Source: an uncultured bacterium (GTDB taxonomy: Bacteria; Krumholzibacteriota; Krumholzibacteriia; Krumholzibacteriales; CAZTHK01). Taken from it: DNA of 64,000 bases. Within the stretch, counting starts at the first letter, position 1, and each line of letters begins with the position of its first letter. Location of the stretch: the NCBI GenBank assembly GCA_964613215.1, contig CAZTHK010000002.1:149685-213684 (forward strand), in the 5' to 3' direction. Under the pieces are notes generated by a model that saw only the letters and a list, made by a program, of their open reading frames with translations, did not search any database and was not told the DNA's origin. Made by a program: the position numbers and the translations under genes. Positions 60,807 through 64,000 of this stretch are shown in pieces.

Positions 60807-61419
60807 GACCCTGTTAATTAATATATTTATAATTATCTCTATAATTCTGATGGTGGGCTACTTCTTCGGCAGGCGTAAGAACCAGGCCATCGCAGCCTCA
60901 GCGATCAGTGCCCTGAATAAAGCGCTAAAACCCGAAGATCAGAAAATAACCAATATCGGTGGCGTAATTGGATATCACGTGGAGATGTCCTTCGGCAAAA
61001 AAAGAAATATCCAGCAGGTCAAAGGCACCATTACCATGCTCCCCCGCCACAGCCTGCTGTATCTGCCCATATCCATGATCTTCCGCCGCTTCGACCGGTT
61101 TTTTATTACCATAAAATTAAAACAGCTTCCCACAGAAAAGGAAGCCCGTATCTTTGAAAGGCGTTTCTACAATAAGCACAGAAAAAACACGGGGACACAT
61201 CTGCAGCGGGAAGAATTTAATCCTGGCTCCGGGGATTATATTTATCTCTATGAAAACGATGCGGACCTTAAGATTCTCAAAGCCATTATGGACAAGATAG
61301 AAGATCCTGAAAGATTAAAGGAAACCTCCATGCGGCCCGACAGCAGCGAAGTAGAGTTGCTGTTTGTTCCAACAGTGGGGGAGAACAGAGTATTGATATC
61401 TATTCTCAGAAGCATTTAA
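60799..61419 (+). CDS. N-terminally anchored membrane protein, hypothetical (overlaps ArsA-like stop by 8 nt)
   Basis: single N-terminal TM (LLINIFIIISIILMVGYFF), no recognised domain. Confidence 0.45.
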   Translation: MSETLLINIFIIISIILMVGYFFGRRKNQAIAASAISALNKALKPEDQKITNIGGVIGYHVEMSFGKKRNIQQVKGTITMLPRHSLLYLPISMIFRRFDRFFITIKLKQLPTEKEARIFERRFYNKHRKNTGTHLQREEFNPGSGDYIYLYENDADLKILKAIMDKIEDPERLKETSMRPDSSEVELLFVPTVGENRVLISILRSI

Positions 61420-61438
61420 CTTTTACAGGCTTAAGTAT

Positions 61439-62203
61439 CTAATCCGCACTTACATTTTTGCGAAGCTCAACCACCACTGAATCTGTTAACATGGTTTCAT
61501 GCGGTTGCCCTACTCCAAGGATCCAGGAGCTATCAGGTCTGGCAAATTGATAGACCGGATAGTAGGCATACCCGTCAGCCCTGGATACCTTCCATTCCTC
61601 CACAAATACCGAGTCTTCATCAACAACAACCCGGGTCGAGTGAACCTCCGGGAAATGGTCTTTGGATCCTCCCTCAAACATCCATATTTTTCCATAGAAG
61701 GCCATTGCCACTTGTGAGTCGAAAGAAGTTGGTGGAAGGGGGGAAAGGTCGCGGACCACCGGCTTATTACCATTCTCTCCAAGAAATGCTATTAAGACCA
61801 GTGTGCCAACCAGAACTGAGGGCACAATGAAGATTAACCGGCGCCACCAGGCCGACCGGATTCTGTTCAGTCCTTCCGGTGAAGCATACCCATCACAACC
61901 AGTTTCCCGGATGGATTCTGTTTCTGCCTCATCTGATTCTAAAAGTTCCTCAAGAGTTTCTATGGCAGCTTCTTCATCCTTCCGCATTACCTGAAGCTCA
62001 ACCGGTCCCGTTATCACGTTGTATCCGGCACCGATTCTGCCCAGCCCGAATAGATACTGAACACCTTCACCCTTAGCCAGAGATTCGATTCCGGCATCAG
62101 CCAGCAGTGACTTTGCAATGGACAGCAGCCCCGGGTCGCCTGTCCGGAGTATGGTGACCAGCATATCCGAGTGAGAACCGTTATTGTTGGAACTGAAAGG
62201 CAT
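61439..62203 (-). CDS. DUF2007-domain membrane protein
   Basis: N-terminal DUF2007-like putative signal-transducing domain (LVTILRTGDPGLLSIAKSLLADAGI), central TM helix. Confidence 0.5.
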   Translation of the reverse strand: MPFSSNNNGSHSDMLVTILRTGDPGLLSIAKSLLADAGIESLAKGEGVQYLFGLGRIGAGYNVITGPVELQVMRKDEEAAIETLEELLESDEAETESIRETGCDGYASPEGLNRIRSAWWRRLIFIVPSVLVGTLVLIAFLGENGNKPVVRDLSPLPPTSFDSQVAMAFYGKIWMFEGGSKDHFPEVHSTRVVVDEDSVFVEEWKVSRADGYAYYPVYQFARPDSSWILGVGQPHETMLTDSVVVELRKNVSAD

Positions 62204-62254
62204 TTTATTCTCCCCCCCTGGTTGACAGGATTGGATTCAGCTGTTTATTTCATA

Positions 62255-62305
62255 AACCTTGTGAGGGACCCCAGTGACTTCCAGTCTGTCCGGAGGGTGA
62301 AAATC
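62255..62305 (+). repeat. Degenerate 5th copy of the GAGTTCC-hairpin motif family (AACCTTGTGAGGGACC..AGTGACTTCC..CCGGAGGGTGAAAAT)
   Basis: shares AACC..GAGGG..AGT..TTCC..GGTGAA(T) spacing with copies 2 and 3. Confidence 0.25.
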
Positions 62306-62708
62306 GAGCCCCTCTAAGATATGCTATATCATATACTCAATTTATCAAAAATCCAACGTACCTGCTGATTTTTAAGTGAAAGCCAATAATGGAGAATATC
62401 ACATTCATTTGGGACGATTCAAGATTAGTTCTGATGTCACGAGACGGCTCGAGGAGATCAGTGCCGTTCCGGTTGCTAAAATTATGAAAAATGAGCGATA
62501 ATCTTCGATTTGAGCATGTGCAATTTTATCACAAGTTGCATTTTTTATATATTTTTCTTGACAGCATTTTACAGGCAATTTTTCTATTTTGTGATCACAG
62601 CAATTAATTCGGCCGGCGAGGGCTATAGAACCCTCTCTAGGGGAAGATTCAACACTGTCCGGACTCTTTTCCTGGGTTGATGCGCTTTAACGCCTCTGTG
62701 GGGCTTCT

Positions 62709-62737
62709 GTGTTCGTGTCAAAAACCTATGGTATAAT
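62709..62737 (+). promoter_or_regulatory. Extended -10 promoter TGGTATAAT (62729-62737), weak -35 GTGTTC
   Basis: perfect TATAAT with upstream TGn; ~115 nt upstream of HNH gene ATG in AT-rich block. Confidence 0.4.
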
Positions 62738-62851
62738 AAATCTGGCTATTGGTTTATTGGTGTTTCGATAGCCGGGGTTAAACATTGTAGAATCAATCAC
62801 CGTCGATCAGAGATAGGGGAATAAATAAAGAAGCACCAGGTGAGGAGGAAG

Positions 62852-64000
62852 ATGATGAAGCTGTCGGGCGGCATCAATCCGGACGATAAATTCGCTGAAA
62901 ATAGTTCATTAAGATGCAACCCTGATTCCAGGGCAGGGGCCCTTAAGCTTCTTTCAGACTCAAAGCTTCTCTTGGAGCTGGAGAGCCTGCGGGGAAGGGA
63001 AAGAGAGACTACGCTTAATATACTTCTTCATCTGAACGAAGTGGAAAGGCGGCGGCTCTATCTTCCCAGAGGGTACAGTTCTCTGTATGACTACTGCACC
63101 CGAAAGCTGGGATATTCTCCATCAGCGGCAATGAGGAGGATAAAGTCGGCCAGGTGTATCGCCAGGTATCCGGAAGTATACCGGATTCTGGAGAAGGGTG
63201 AACTTAACCTCTGTTCTGTTGCCAGGATTTCGACTGTTATAAATCCGGGTAATAAAATTGAGCTTCTGTCCCGGGTTAGAGGGAAATCATACCGGGAGAT
63301 AGAAGATATATTGGCCAGTTACAATCCGAAGCGATTTACCAGGGAGAGTGTAAAACCCGTGTTCGTTATGAAGAAAACAGATAAAATCTCCGGAGATTCA
63401 TCGACTGGCCGTTCTCCACATAAAGACAAACCTGCCACATCTGCCTCTGTGACAGCAGGAGATCATTCAGATGGTAATAGTGGTAAAAGTTCGACCACCA
63501 ACGTTGGTGGTCGAGAATTTACCACCGGCAATGCCAGCAGTACCGATATGATTCTGACAGAGATAAAGAATGGCGCAAAAGGGGAAAGCTTTCAACTTAA
63601 AAAGAAATACCGGCTCTCATTCACTGTTGACAGTGAGACCATGGAGAAGATCAAGCTGGCCATTTCTCTTCTCTCCAACAGATTTCCCACCGGAATAAAG
63701 TACGAAGAGCTCTTTGTGATTCTGCTCAACGAGTATCTGGACCGTAATAATCCGGAAGCAAAGAATAGTAGAAGAAAAGAGAAAAAACAGAGCAATAAAT
63801 CTCACACTCAAAAAAGGCCTGGCCAGAAGAAGCCGGCGCATTCAAATAATTCAAGCAAAGAACCAACTCGTTCCATTCCCCGGAAGGTCAGAGACGAGGT
63901 GTTTACCAGGGATGGAGGCAGGTGCACCTTTGTCGGTGATGACGGTGTGAGATGCAGCTGCCGGCATAACCTTCAGATCGACCATATTGTTCCCTTTGCC
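62852..64000 (+). CDS. DUF222 + HNH endonuclease domain protein, 3'-truncated by window end (not in ORF track because no stop)
   Basis: my translation: MMKLSGG...LYLPRGYSSLYDYCTRKLGYSPSAAMRRIKSARC (DUF222-like) ... IPRKVRDEVFTRDGGRCTF..C..LQIDHIVPFA (HNH); GAGGAGG RBS 4 nt upstream. Confidence 0.7.
   Translation, partial: MMKLSGGINPDDKFAENSSLRCNPDSRAGALKLLSDSKLLLELESLRGRERETTLNILLHLNEVERRRLYLPRGYSSLYDYCTRKLGYSPSAAMRRIKSARCIARYPEVYRILEKGELNLCSVARISTVINPGNKIELLSRVRGKSYREIEDILASYNPKRFTRESVKPVFVMKKTDKISGDSSTGRSPHKDKPATSASVTAGDHSDGNSGKSSTTNVGGREFTTGNASSTDMILTEIKNGAKGESFQLKKKYRLSFTVDSETMEKIKLAISLLSNRFPTGIKYEELFVILLNEYLDRNNPEAKNSRRKEKKQSNKSHTQKRPGQKKPAHSNNSSKEPTRSIPRKVRDEVFTRDGGRCTFVGDDGVRCSCRHNLQIDHIVPFA

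Noticed and set aside
62558-62599. TTGACA hexamer plus TGTGATCACA palindrome as a CRP/FNR-regulated promoter
   Set aside because: There is no acceptable -10 at 16-19 nt spacing from the TTGACA, and the palindrome lacks the 6-nt spacer of CRP/FNR sites. I kept only the downstream extended -10 promoter.

Overview
This is a 64-kb chromosomal window from a Gram-negative bacterium of about 55% GC. The Gram-negative call rests on an LPS inner-core operon (waaF-waaA), an lpxL-like acyltransferase, an OmpA family protein and a T9SS-type C-terminal sorting domain on a secreted protease, which together suggest an uncultured FCB-superphylum-like lineage. Apart from the ORF track, all coordinates come from my own reading and translation of the sequence.

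Layout, left to right:
- Positions 1-15746 hold a compact, mostly translationally coupled division/cell-wall (dcw) cluster: rsmH (5'-partial)-ftsL-like-ftsI-murE-murF-mraY-murD-ftsW-murG-murC-ftsQ-ftsA-ftsZ. There is no murB or ddl between murC and ftsQ.
- Next come a TPR protein, a B12-type radical SAM protein, rpmB (minus strand) and a 941-aa hybrid PAS/GAF sensor kinase-receiver.
- Then recG, an HD hydrolase/zinc-ribbon/pseudo-receiver-HATPase trio, and a minus-strand lpxL-like acyltransferase-GT4-MFS-hypothetical operon.
- A 3.6-kb segment carrying a zinc-ribbon protein, a DUF2905 protein and a DUF5916/CBM9-like outer-membrane protein is flanked by inverted copies of a ~185-bp MITE-like element.
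- After that: a secreted papain-family C1 protease with a T9SS C-terminal domain; a minus-strand waaF-waaA-radical SAM/SPASM operon; two tandem XRE-HTH/cupin regulators; DUF1844; OmpA with thrombospondin-3 repeats; a third MITE copy; mazG; uvrA; galE.
- Then a sensor kinase/receiver/PAS-HisKA-only trio; tRNA-Phe(GAA) with a recognisable promoter; an AT-rich ORF-poor stretch; an AbiEi/AbiEii type-IV TA/abortive-infection pair with palindromic operators.
- Finally cstA translationally coupled to a small acidic ORF, an ArsA/Get3-like ATPase and an N-anchored membrane protein; a DUF2007 membrane protein; and a 5'-partial-free but 3'-truncated DUF222/HNH endonuclease running off the window end.

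Two families of non-coding elements are, as far as I can tell, undescribed and are not explained by the gene calls:
- A ~45-nt motif occurs in about five copies. Its core reads AACC-N-AGGG-N-GAGTTCC followed by a hairpin whose stem changes sequence between copies while keeping base-pairing. In two copies it sits about 155-163 nt upstream of unrelated sensor-kinase genes, each followed by a terminator-like hairpin plus U-tract and a shared proximal TATCTGCGT box. This is a candidate cis-regulatory leader RNA or transcription-factor site.
- A ~185-bp MITE-like element with perfect 10-bp terminal inverted repeats (CCTCAATCCG/CGGATTGAGG) and TTAA-like flanks occurs in three copies. Two are in inverted orientation and bracket a three-gene cargo segment, a composite-transposon-like arrangement, but no transposase is present in the window.

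I found no CRISPR array, rRNA, integrase or transposase.
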